From: an uncultured archaeon
GTDB lineage: Archaea; Iainarchaeota; Iainarchaeia; Iainarchaeales; CSSED10-239
Direction: 5' to 3'
Assembly (NCBI GenBank): GCA_964496765.1
Contig: CAZCAP010000014.1
Span: 1 to 19,201 of the forward strand
DNA: 19,201 bases
Below the pieces are notes generated by a model. It ran no database searches. It worked only from the letters and a program-made list of their open reading frames with translations, and was not told where the DNA came from. A program made the position numbers and the translations under genes. This document shows positions 1 to 7,061 of the stretch, piece after piece; within the stretch, counting starts at the first letter, position 1; each line of letters starts with the position of its first letter.

Positions 1-54
1 CCACGATCTCAAGCTTAGGAGGCTTGCATACTATCCAGGCTGTACTACCGGTCT
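1..54 (-). tRNA. tRNA-Arg (anticodon CCU), 5' portion only; the 3' part runs off the window
   Basis: The reverse complement of 1-54 reads AGACCGG-TA-GTAC-AGCCTGGATA-GTAT-G-CAAGC-CTCCTAA-GCTTG-AGATC-GTGG. This gives U8, a 4-bp D stem (G:U, U:A, A:U, C:G), a perfect 5-bp anticodon stem, and a 7-nt loop with U33 and anticodon CCT (reads AGG). The T arm and 3' acceptor strand are missing, so the exact 5' end (A54) is inferred from the U8/D-stem register only. Confidence 0.8.
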
Positions 55-418
55 AAAACATTTCTCTTATTGATTTTAAATCTACAACTATTACTCCTTT
101 ACATGGTTCTTTCTTGTTTTCTTTTAATTTCTTCACAAATTCATAGTACTTACCAGCGGTATAATATTTTGCTATCCCACTAAAATATAGCCCTTTCCAT
201 TTCTTATTGTAGAGAGCAAAAGAAACATTCTTATTATTTTTTATGTTCTTTATGGTCTTAACCATGTAATTGTTTGTGATTATTAGCTTATTGTCCATTA
301 CCTTCACATAGGCAATAAGTATAACATGAGGATTTGATTTTTCATCCATGGTTGCAAAAGAAATTGGATTTTCTTCTATCATTAGGACTTGTTCTTTTAA
401 TAACTTAACTTTACTCAT
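53..418 (-). CDS. Pyridoxamine 5'-phosphate oxidase-like (FMN-binding split-barrel) family protein
   Basis: 121-aa ORF. The segment ISFATMDEKSNPHVILIAYVKVMDNKLIITNNYMVKTIKNIKNNKNVSFAL fits the core pattern of the PNPOx-like family (ATxD..g.PHv..v....d..l.i...f..KT..Ni..N..Vs). The TAG stop at 53-55 touches the tRNA-Arg 5' end. Confidence 0.6.
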   Translation of the reverse strand: MSKVKLLKEQVLMIEENPISFATMDEKSNPHVILIAYVKVMDNKLIITNNYMVKTIKNIKNNKNVSFALYNKKWKGLYFSGIAKYYTAGKYYEFVKKLKENKKEPCKGVIVVDLKSIREMF

Positions 419-536
419 AATTCATCCTCTTTTCTGGATTTTAAAGAAAGACAATGTTTTTAAATATTATAGCTATTACTAATATATAGCTTATATATAA
501 TATTAGTGTATACAAATATTTAATAAATGTCTTTTG

Positions 537-1112
537 ATGATTATGAAGGGTATTAAAAAAATCTTATTTATTTTAGGACCAGCAGGTTCTGGCAAGAGCA
601 CACAGGCTGAACTTATAGCTGAAAAACTAGGGTACAAACATATTGTTGAAAGTGATCTTCTTAAAAAAGAGGTTGCAAAGAAAACAAAGCTTGGTAAAGA
701 ACTTGATAAGCAAATGAGAAAAGGAATACTTGTTCCATTTGAAATTACCTGTGATATTTTATTTAATGAAATTAATAAAAGCAAAGCAAACAAAATAATC
801 GTTGATGGATTCCCAAGAGAGCTTGATCAGGCAATCACATTAGATTATTATATTTATAAACAAAAGTATATTATTCAAGCTTTGATCTATGTTGATACAT
901 CAAAGGAAGAATGTATTAAAAGATTATTGAAAAGAAAAAGAGAAGACGATACAAGAGAAGCAATTAAAAAAAGACTTGACATATACTTTAATCAAACAAT
1001 GCATGTTATTAAAAGATTTGAAAAGAAGAGCCTATTAATTAAAGTTAATGGTAACAAAACAATCAATGAAGTAAATAAAGAACTTCAAACAAAACTAAAA
1101 AAATACAAATAA
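537..1112 (+). CDS. adk: Adenylate kinase, short-LID type (AK1/UMP-CMP-kinase-like architecture)
   Basis: P-loop GPAGSGKSTQ, NMP-binding segment GILVPFEITCDIL, DGFPR motif, and a short LID (RKREDDTREAIKKRLDIY) without a zinc knuckle. The track ORF starts at TTG 534. ATG 537 or ATG 543 (MKGIKK...) are more likely starts. Confidence 0.85.
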   Translation: MIMKGIKKILFILGPAGSGKSTQAELIAEKLGYKHIVESDLLKKEVAKKTKLGKELDKQMRKGILVPFEITCDILFNEINKSKANKIIVDGFPRELDQAITLDYYIYKQKYIIQALIYVDTSKEECIKRLLKRKREDDTREAIKKRLDIYFNQTMHVIKRFEKKSLLIKVNGNKTINEVNKELQTKLKKYK

Positions 1113-1124
1113 GAGTGCTATCCT

Positions 1125-2732
1125 ATGATTGCAGATGATAGAGTTGTTGAAAATATTAAAAAACTACAGGAACTAGGAATGTCTCATGATGAGATTATTG
1201 AAAACCTAGTTAGAATGGGCTTATCCAATACTGAAAGTGAAGAACTTATTAAAAAAGCAGAAGAAGACATAAATAAAGAAACACAAACAAAGAACCAAGC
1301 AAAAAAAGAAAATAAAGAAACAACTAAAAAAGAAAAAACCCCAACAACCAAAGAAATACCAGATAACTTTTTTGAAAATGATGAAATACCAGCTTCTGTT
1401 GTGGAAGTTCCTGAAACAGACTTGTTTTCAGAAGAACTAAACAATATTTCTAAAGGGCTTGAAATGAATACTCTTGAAGACGTGTCCAAGGGAGAACCAA
1501 ACTCAGGAACCATAGACACCAACAGCATGGATGTAAGTTCATTGAATCAAGATTACATTCCAGAAACTAGTTTTAAAGATCCAAAATCAGAAAACATAGA
1601 CATTTGGCAAAAGGGAATAATCACAACCATTAACATGAAATTAACTGAGCTGGAAAACAAACAAAAAACAGCTGAAGAATTTTTAAAAACAAAAATGGAT
1701 GAAAATACAATTAAACTTCAAAAAACAATAACAGATGAATTAAGTAAGCTAAGCAGTGTTCAGGTTTCATCAAGACAATTGCTTTTAGCAAAAATAACAA
1801 ATGATGTTAAAACAGAAACCGATAGATCAAATGCAAAGGTTCTAGTTGAATTAACTAAGTTTAAGATTCTTGAAGCAAAAATGGGAAATGAACTTGCAAA
1901 GCTAGAATCAGAAAAGAACACAATAAGCGCACTATCAAGCAATCTCGAGGAAAGAAATAAAGAAATAAAAGAAGTGTCTGAATTAACTTCAAAGCAAAAT
2001 GAATTATTAACTCAAAAAACACAAGAAAGCATAAACAAAATCATAACCACACTTACAACCAAGCTTAATGCAAAAATAAAAGAAATAAATAATACTCTCG
2101 CACTACAATCTAGAATTACTGAGGGACTAGTAAAGAATACACAAAACTCAATAGATGGAGAAATTAAAAGATTAATTGAATTTGAAGAAGGAATTAAAAA
2201 ACAAATTAATCCTAAACAGATTTATGATAAATTAGCAGAACTGGATATATTTAAAACACAATTAGCAAGCAGATATGATGAGAGATTTGAAAAAGTTAAG
2301 ATTGAATTCCTTGCTAAAGCAAGAGAAGCAATGAAGAATGAAGTATCCGATGAGCTTAGGGAACTAAAGCACGTAAGAGATACAATTGCTCAAAAAACAG
2401 ACCCAGAAATTATTAACAAAAAGCTTGAAGAATTAAGAATATTTGAAGAACATCTTCTTGTTTCTGTTGATGAAAAGATAAATCAATCATTAAAGATTTA
2501 TGAATCATCATTAACCTCTGAGTTTAAAGAAAAACTAAAGGATATTGAAAGACTTGAAAAGGGTATAGAAAAAGATCTTGATTCAGTAAACATAATCAAA
2601 GACAAGATTGAAGAATTAAATAAGTTCAAAGAACAATTCATTGCTGTCATTGATAAGAACATAGAAGTAATGAATGCAAACATGAATTCATTAAATGAAA
2701 AAATAAAACAAATAAATTTCTATTCTAAATAA
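1125..2732 (+). CDS. Hypothetical long coiled-coil protein with a small N-terminal helical (UBA-like) domain and an acidic, low-complexity linker
   Basis: 535-aa ORF starting 12 nt after adk, so probably co-transcribed. The N-terminal ~45 aa are NIKKLQELGMSHDEIIENLVRMGLSNTESEELIKKA. A T/E/K/N/S-rich linker follows, then ~370 aa of heptad-like K/E/L/I-rich sequence with internal ~62-64-aa repeats. I recognise no enzymatic motif. Confidence 0.6.
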   Translation: MIADDRVVENIKKLQELGMSHDEIIENLVRMGLSNTESEELIKKAEEDINKETQTKNQAKKENKETTKKEKTPTTKEIPDNFFENDEIPASVVEVPETDLFSEELNNISKGLEMNTLEDVSKGEPNSGTIDTNSMDVSSLNQDYIPETSFKDPKSENIDIWQKGIITTINMKLTELENKQKTAEEFLKTKMDENTIKLQKTITDELSKLSSVQVSSRQLLLAKITNDVKTETDRSNAKVLVELTKFKILEAKMGNELAKLESEKNTISALSSNLEERNKEIKEVSELTSKQNELLTQKTQESINKIITTLTTKLNAKIKEINNTLALQSRITEGLVKNTQNSIDGEIKRLIEFEEGIKKQINPKQIYDKLAELDIFKTQLASRYDERFEKVKIEFLAKAREAMKNEVSDELRELKHVRDTIAQKTDPEIINKKLEELRIFEEHLLVSVDEKINQSLKIYESSLTSEFKEKLKDIERLEKGIEKDLDSVNIIKDKIEELNKFKEQFIAVIDKNIEVMNANMNSLNEKIKQINFYSK

Positions 2733-2741
2733 AATATAAAA

Positions 2742-2764
2742 AGGGAATAAATAAATTATTCCCT
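2742..2764. terminator. Hairpin between convergent genes, followed by a T-run on the minus strand
   Basis: agggaataa (2742-2750), a 5-nt loop ataaa, then ttattccct (2756-2764) form a perfect 9-bp inverted repeat. It starts 10 nt after the + strand stop (2730-2732) and ends 8 nt from the - strand stop (2772-2774). On the minus strand it is followed by ttttatatttta. On the plus strand it is followed by aaaaac, so it works best as a terminator for the surface-protein operon. Confidence 0.55.
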
Positions 2765-2771
2765 AAAAACA

Positions 2772-4637
2772 TTATTTACTCTTTCTTCTTTGGCCTTTAT
2801 GATAATAGTCATTCATGTTAAATGCACCTAGTGCAAATAATAGAACTATTAAAACAATTAAACCAACGAAACCTAAAAAAAGTGATCTCTTAAGAGTAAA
2901 GAAACCAGTCATTCCACTTGGAGCAATTTCGTCAGGGGTTTCGGAAAGATTTTCATCACCAACTATTTTTATTTTAAGCGGGGTTGATAGAACACCACCC
3001 TTTTCAGAATAGATTACAAGGGATGCATTAATCTCCTGTGGCCCAATCTCACCTGTAATGATTGTTCCTGAGATTGTGGTTGATTGCTTTGATGGAACTA
3101 GAACATTGTTTGGAAGAGTTGCTCTTATTTCCTGAGGAACACCAACCAATTGTATGCTTGATAGCTTTATGTCTTCATCACTCCAATTATAAACCTCAAA
3201 TGAGAAGTTCTTTTGAGAGTTTGAGTCAACAGTAATTTCCTTTGGATAGGATAGAAAATTTAACTTTACTGAATCAGTACCTCTAAATGCAATTACATCA
3301 ATAACCATTGTTTTTTGATAGTTACTTGTTTCTCCAATTGCTTCAATAACAATTTGACTTGTCATTTCCTTTGTGTTTGATCCAGCACCAACTGATAGGG
3401 TTAGTGGTCTTGTGGAGTGTGCAAGCACATCAATTCTATCTGTTTGATTGTGTATTCTTAAATCATTTGATAAAGTATAATTAAATCTAAAGGATTCATC
3501 AATATCCCCTTTGTTTTCAAGAATTATTAATAAATCCGTTGATTTACCAATATTTACTGCTAATGAATTTTGTTCAGTTCTAACATCTAGGTTAAATACT
3601 GGATCCACAAGGAAATGAAGATTCTTTGTGATTACTGATTTTTCATCAAAAAATTGTAAATTAAGTGGATAGGATCCTGAATCAGTTTCTTTTGTAGCAT
3701 ATGCTGTTAATGTTATTTTTTGTGATTGACCAGGATTTAATCTTAATTGTCTAGTTGATAAAGTATAAGTAATATCTGAATTATTATCATAGGAAACAAA
3801 AAAGTCCTTTGCTTTTGAAGAAATGTTTTTAATTGTATAATCTATAGATAATAGATTTTCTTTCTTTAAAACAAAGTTAGATGTGTTTGGTCCTGTTACT
3901 TGGAAATCATTGCTTACTATTTCACAGTTCTTTGTATAAAAGTTAATTTGTTTATTTACTATAATATTATCATTTTCTATTCTTAAAACTGCATTGATTG
4001 ATGAACTTGTTGCAACTCTATCATCAATTTCAACATTAAAGTGTATTTCCTTTTCATTTCTTGATAAATATATTGGATTATCAAATGAAGGACTTGCTGA
4101 TAATCTATTTCCTGTTAAAGTAATTTCGTACAAACCAGAAACAAAATTATTATTTATTGTAAAATAAACTTGATTTTCTTGATTTATACAAAGCCCAGAA
4201 TTATCTATATCAACTTCGAACTTACCATCATCTATTCCATCATCTGAATAGATATTAACGTTATAGCTTCTAGTGTCATCTGTTTTTGTATCAAGAACAT
4301 ATAAAGTTAATGTGGAATGACCATCATCTGTTGGGGTTACCATAAATGAGCTTGTTTCACTTGTTGTTTGGTTTAATGTAAATGATTTTGAATAATTACA
4401 AGATAACTCATCATCATCACAATCAGTGTAAACTCTTAGATATGCAGTCTCTGGATTATTATTTTCTAAAGTAAATCCAACCCTGATGGGTGCATAATCT
4501 GTGGTTGAATAGATTTGCTTATCAAAGTTTATATTAACATTATCAATAACCCCTGCAAAAGCAACCCCTGAAATAATAAACAGGAATAATAGAGTTAAAC
4601 TAAATACAATTAATAATTTTTTTCTTATGTCTGTCAT
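2772..4637 (-). CDS. Large secreted/cell-surface protein (S-layer- or adhesin-like) with an N-terminal signal peptide and a C-terminal TM anchor plus basic tail
   Basis: Signal-like N-terminus KKLLIVFSLTLLFLFIISGVAFA|GV. Long beta-rich, N/T/S/D-rich body with 11 N-x-S/T sequons by my count. C-terminus: SETPDEIAPSGMTGFFTLKRS, then the TM LFLGFVGLIVLIVLLFALGAF, then the tail KGQRRKSK. The track ORF starts at GTG 4646. ATG 4637 (MTDIRKK...) is the more likely start. Confidence 0.65.
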   Translation of the reverse strand: MTDIRKKLLIVFSLTLLFLFIISGVAFAGVIDNVNINFDKQIYSTTDYAPIRVGFTLENNNPETAYLRVYTDCDDDELSCNYSKSFTLNQTTSETSSFMVTPTDDGHSTLTLYVLDTKTDDTRSYNVNIYSDDGIDDGKFEVDIDNSGLCINQENQVYFTINNNFVSGLYEITLTGNRLSASPSFDNPIYLSRNEKEIHFNVEIDDRVATSSSINAVLRIENDNIIVNKQINFYTKNCEIVSNDFQVTGPNTSNFVLKKENLLSIDYTIKNISSKAKDFFVSYDNNSDITYTLSTRQLRLNPGQSQKITLTAYATKETDSGSYPLNLQFFDEKSVITKNLHFLVDPVFNLDVRTEQNSLAVNIGKSTDLLIILENKGDIDESFRFNYTLSNDLRIHNQTDRIDVLAHSTRPLTLSVGAGSNTKEMTSQIVIEAIGETSNYQKTMVIDVIAFRGTDSVKLNFLSYPKEITVDSNSQKNFSFEVYNWSDEDIKLSSIQLVGVPQEIRATLPNNVLVPSKQSTTISGTIITGEIGPQEINASLVIYSEKGGVLSTPLKIKIVGDENLSETPDEIAPSGMTGFFTLKRSLFLGFVGLIVLIVLLFALGAFNMNDYYHKGQRRKSK

Positions 4638-4665
4638 ATATATCACATTTAAGTTAATATTTATT

Positions 4666-5583
4666 TTACATTCTCCTTCTTAGATTATGAAGATGAATTA
4701 ATCTTATGTATCTTGATGCAAAAGTTATTGCAAGTAAGATAATAATAATTATTAGAATTATTTGAAAAGTTAATGAATTAATTATGTTTTTCATGTTCAC
4801 ATTAAAATTTGTAAAAGTGAAAAATCCTGATAGACCATTTGTTTCACTGTCATCATTTATAACAGGCTTACTAGGGAAATCTACCTTCTTTGTTTGAAAT
4901 ATACTATTACAAACATAGGATATTTCTAGGCTTGATTTATTTGTGTCTATGTAATAATTAACGTGCTTTGTTTCATTAGAAAATAAACCCACATTAATTT
5001 CATTAAATTGATCAGAATTAAGATCTTCAAATTTATTAAGATTAATTGTTTGATAGGTATTTGCATTATTTGTTAAGCTTAAATTAAGATGATACCTATT
5101 TGAATCAACAAGATAATCTATAGTATAATTAACTTCAACCTCACAGATCTTATTTGTTAGTTGAACAATATTTATTGAATAGAAATGAATAATTTGATTT
5201 TCAGATATTTCAAGAGTTGATGTATATTCTTGATTGGTTGTGTTTTCAATTGGATAGATTGTTAACTTAACTTGCTTTTCTTCTCCAATATCTAATCTTA
5301 TTGCTTGAGGATCAATTCTTGAGGTGAATGGAGAAGTATATAATTTAAAGTTATATAAGTTACTTGCGTTACTTGTGTTTTTAATTGAAAAGAAAACATC
5401 CACTGGTTCGTTGTATAATGTTATTCTATTAGGAATGTTTGTTTCGAACTCAAGAGCATGTGCCTTAGCAGAATATAGGAATAATGATAAAAAGATTGCA
5501 GCTATAAATAGAAATACTATTCTCTTATAATTAAATCTCTTTTGAGACTGCATTTGATATTGAGTAATTTTATTTTGAATCAT
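4666..5583 (-). CDS. Secreted/cell-surface protein, smaller partner of the downstream 2772-4637 gene, with a signal peptide and a C-terminal TM anchor plus basic tail
   Basis: Signal-like N-terminus KRIVFLFIAAIFLSLFLYSAKAHA|LE. Beta-rich N/T-rich body. C-terminus: DSETNGLSGFFTF, then the TM FQIILIIIIILLAITFA, then a tail ending HNLRRRM. Only 19-28 nt separate it from the next gene, so an operon is likely. AGGAG lies ~11 nt upstream of the ATG. Confidence 0.6.
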   Translation of the reverse strand: MIQNKITQYQMQSQKRFNYKRIVFLFIAAIFLSLFLYSAKAHALEFETNIPNRITLYNEPVDVFFSIKNTSNASNLYNFKLYTSPFTSRIDPQAIRLDIGEEKQVKLTIYPIENTTNQEYTSTLEISENQIIHFYSINIVQLTNKICEVEVNYTIDYLVDSNRYHLNLSLTNNANTYQTINLNKFEDLNSDQFNEINVGLFSNETKHVNYYIDTNKSSLEISYVCNSIFQTKKVDFPSKPVINDDSETNGLSGFFTFTNFNVNMKNIINSLTFQIILIIIIILLAITFASRYIRLIHLHNLRRRM

Positions 5584-5765
5584 CTTTCCTTAACTCCTTT
5601 AAATCGCTTTGTTTTAATTAAGAGTAAGATAACCTATTATTTACATAATTTACAAGAACCTTAAAATAAAAACTAATGAATTAACTGGTTAACTTGTCTA
5701 GGTTACTTATGATAATTAGGGAGAAAAAGGTTTTTAAAGGTAGTGATTTAGGTAAAATAAGCTTA

Positions 5766-6212
5766 TTATCTCTTAATTTTAAAATTTTCTTCAAATCCAG
5801 TTAATGGATAGGATCTAAAGACCACTTGATAAGCATCACTTGGAGAAAAGAACTTCAAATCCTTACTTGATCCAAAGTTTGCTCTTTTAACCACATACCC
5901 TTTATCTAAAATATATTTTTGTAGTAGTTCAATAACATTAAATGAGATATCATGACCAGCAACTTTGTTTGTTAAATGAGCAAAAGGGATAATAACAACT
6001 GTTTTTGTATTAAATCTTTTACAAAGAAAACGTAAATCTAATTCAATTTCAGAAAAATAATCAATATCTTTTTTAGACTCAACAGTAATCCATACCATAA
6101 TAGATTCTTTTACATCAATATCCTCAAGAGCAACATCTTTTATTTTAACCTTTGGAGAATGAATAATATTTCCAATATAAAGTTCTTTGCAAAACCAAAA
6201 TAATGTTTTCAT
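5766..6212 (-). CDS. Free-standing homologue of the archaea-specific threonyl-tRNA synthetase editing domain (tRNA-Thr-ED, DTD-like fold); putative trans-editing Ser-tRNA(Thr) deacylase
   Basis: The 148-aa ORF aligns by eye with the Pyrococcus ThrRS N-terminal editing domain as I recall it. IMVWITVESKKD matches VLVAFISVEKVD. VVIIPFAHLTNKVA matches VFVYPFAHLSSELA. GYVVKRANFGSSKDLKF matches GFNVGKAPFGYYKAFKI. The His of PFAHL and the Lys after FG are conserved. There is no catalytic or anticodon-binding domain. Confidence 0.6.
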   Translation of the reverse strand: MKTLFWFCKELYIGNIIHSPKVKIKDVALEDIDVKESIMVWITVESKKDIDYFSEIELDLRFLCKRFNTKTVVIIPFAHLTNKVAGHDISFNVIELLQKYILDKGYVVKRANFGSSKDLKFFSPSDAYQVVFRSYPLTGFEENFKIKR

Positions 6213-6226
6213 GTTAAATCAGATTA

Positions 6227-7039
6227 TTATTTTTTAGGAATAGAAACAACAAACTTGCTTCCTTCTCCTTCTTTTGAATCAATCTCTATTGTTCCATTAT
6301 GATAATCAACACATCTTCTAACAGATAACACTCCAAGACCATGAAGTCTTGCTTGATTTTTTGAAGAAGTTGTTCTTATTCCATCTCTTAATTTTTGAAG
6401 TTGTTCTTTGGTCATACCTGCTCCATTATCAGAAACGGATAGAACAAGATTATCTCCCTTTATAGAGAGATTAACATTTATTTTTCCAAATTTATCAAGT
6501 TCTCCAAATTTTTTATCTATTGAGCTATATGCATTACTAATTAAGTTTTCAAGAGTTCTATAAAAATATACAACATCTATATTTGCAACTTTTTTTGAAT
6601 GATTCAATAAATTAGATTTAAACACAACCAATTTATCTGCTTCTGCAGCAATTTTCATAAACTTATGTAATCTTGAAAGATATATATTTTGTTTTTTGAA
6701 AAAAATATTTTGTTTAAACCTAGAAAGCATTTCTTCAACAATAAACTTTGTTATACTTTGTACTCTATAATTTTTAATTAAATGATTTTGGAATCGCTTT
6801 GATAGCTTATAATATTCAGATAGATCAAGATTATCACTAAATTGATATCTCTGATACAGTATTTTTCTTATATCGTGATTTAGGTATTCATCATAATTAG
6901 GAGACGTATCCATGACCGTAGCTATTTTATTCTTAAGCGTTTTTGTTTGCGATTCAACTTGTTTTTGTTTTTTCTTACTTAATGTCTTGTTTAATGGTTC
7001 TTTAATCTTTTCAGGGACATTATAGAATCTTTTTGGCAT
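6227..7039 (-). CDS. Minimal cytoplasmic histidine kinase (DHp + HATPase_c) with no sensor domain and no TM segment
   Basis: H-box-like YLNHDIRKIL, N box NLISNAYSS, G1 box DNGAGM, G2 box HGLGVLSV, and a typical C-terminus GSKFVVSIP. The N-terminal 45 aa are basic and low-complexity. The gene starts 22 nt after the smc stop. Confidence 0.7.
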   Translation of the reverse strand: MPKRFYNVPEKIKEPLNKTLSKKKQKQVESQTKTLKNKIATVMDTSPNYDEYLNHDIRKILYQRYQFSDNLDLSEYYKLSKRFQNHLIKNYRVQSITKFIVEEMLSRFKQNIFFKKQNIYLSRLHKFMKIAAEADKLVVFKSNLLNHSKKVANIDVVYFYRTLENLISNAYSSIDKKFGELDKFGKINVNLSIKGDNLVLSVSDNGAGMTKEQLQKLRDGIRTTSSKNQARLHGLGVLSVRRCVDYHNGTIEIDSKEGEGSKFVVSIPKK

Positions 7040-7061
7040 ATATCATCCTTCATATACTATT

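Noticed and set aside
419-533. TATA-rich near-palindromes (e.g. tatatagcttatatata) in the divergent intergenic region between the PNPOx-like gene and adk, considered as a specific regulatory palindrome.
   Set aside because: (TA)n-type sequence is self-complementary by composition. It is most simply read as overlapping TATA-box-like promoter elements for the two divergent genes. I could not assign individual promoter elements with confidence, so none are listed as features.
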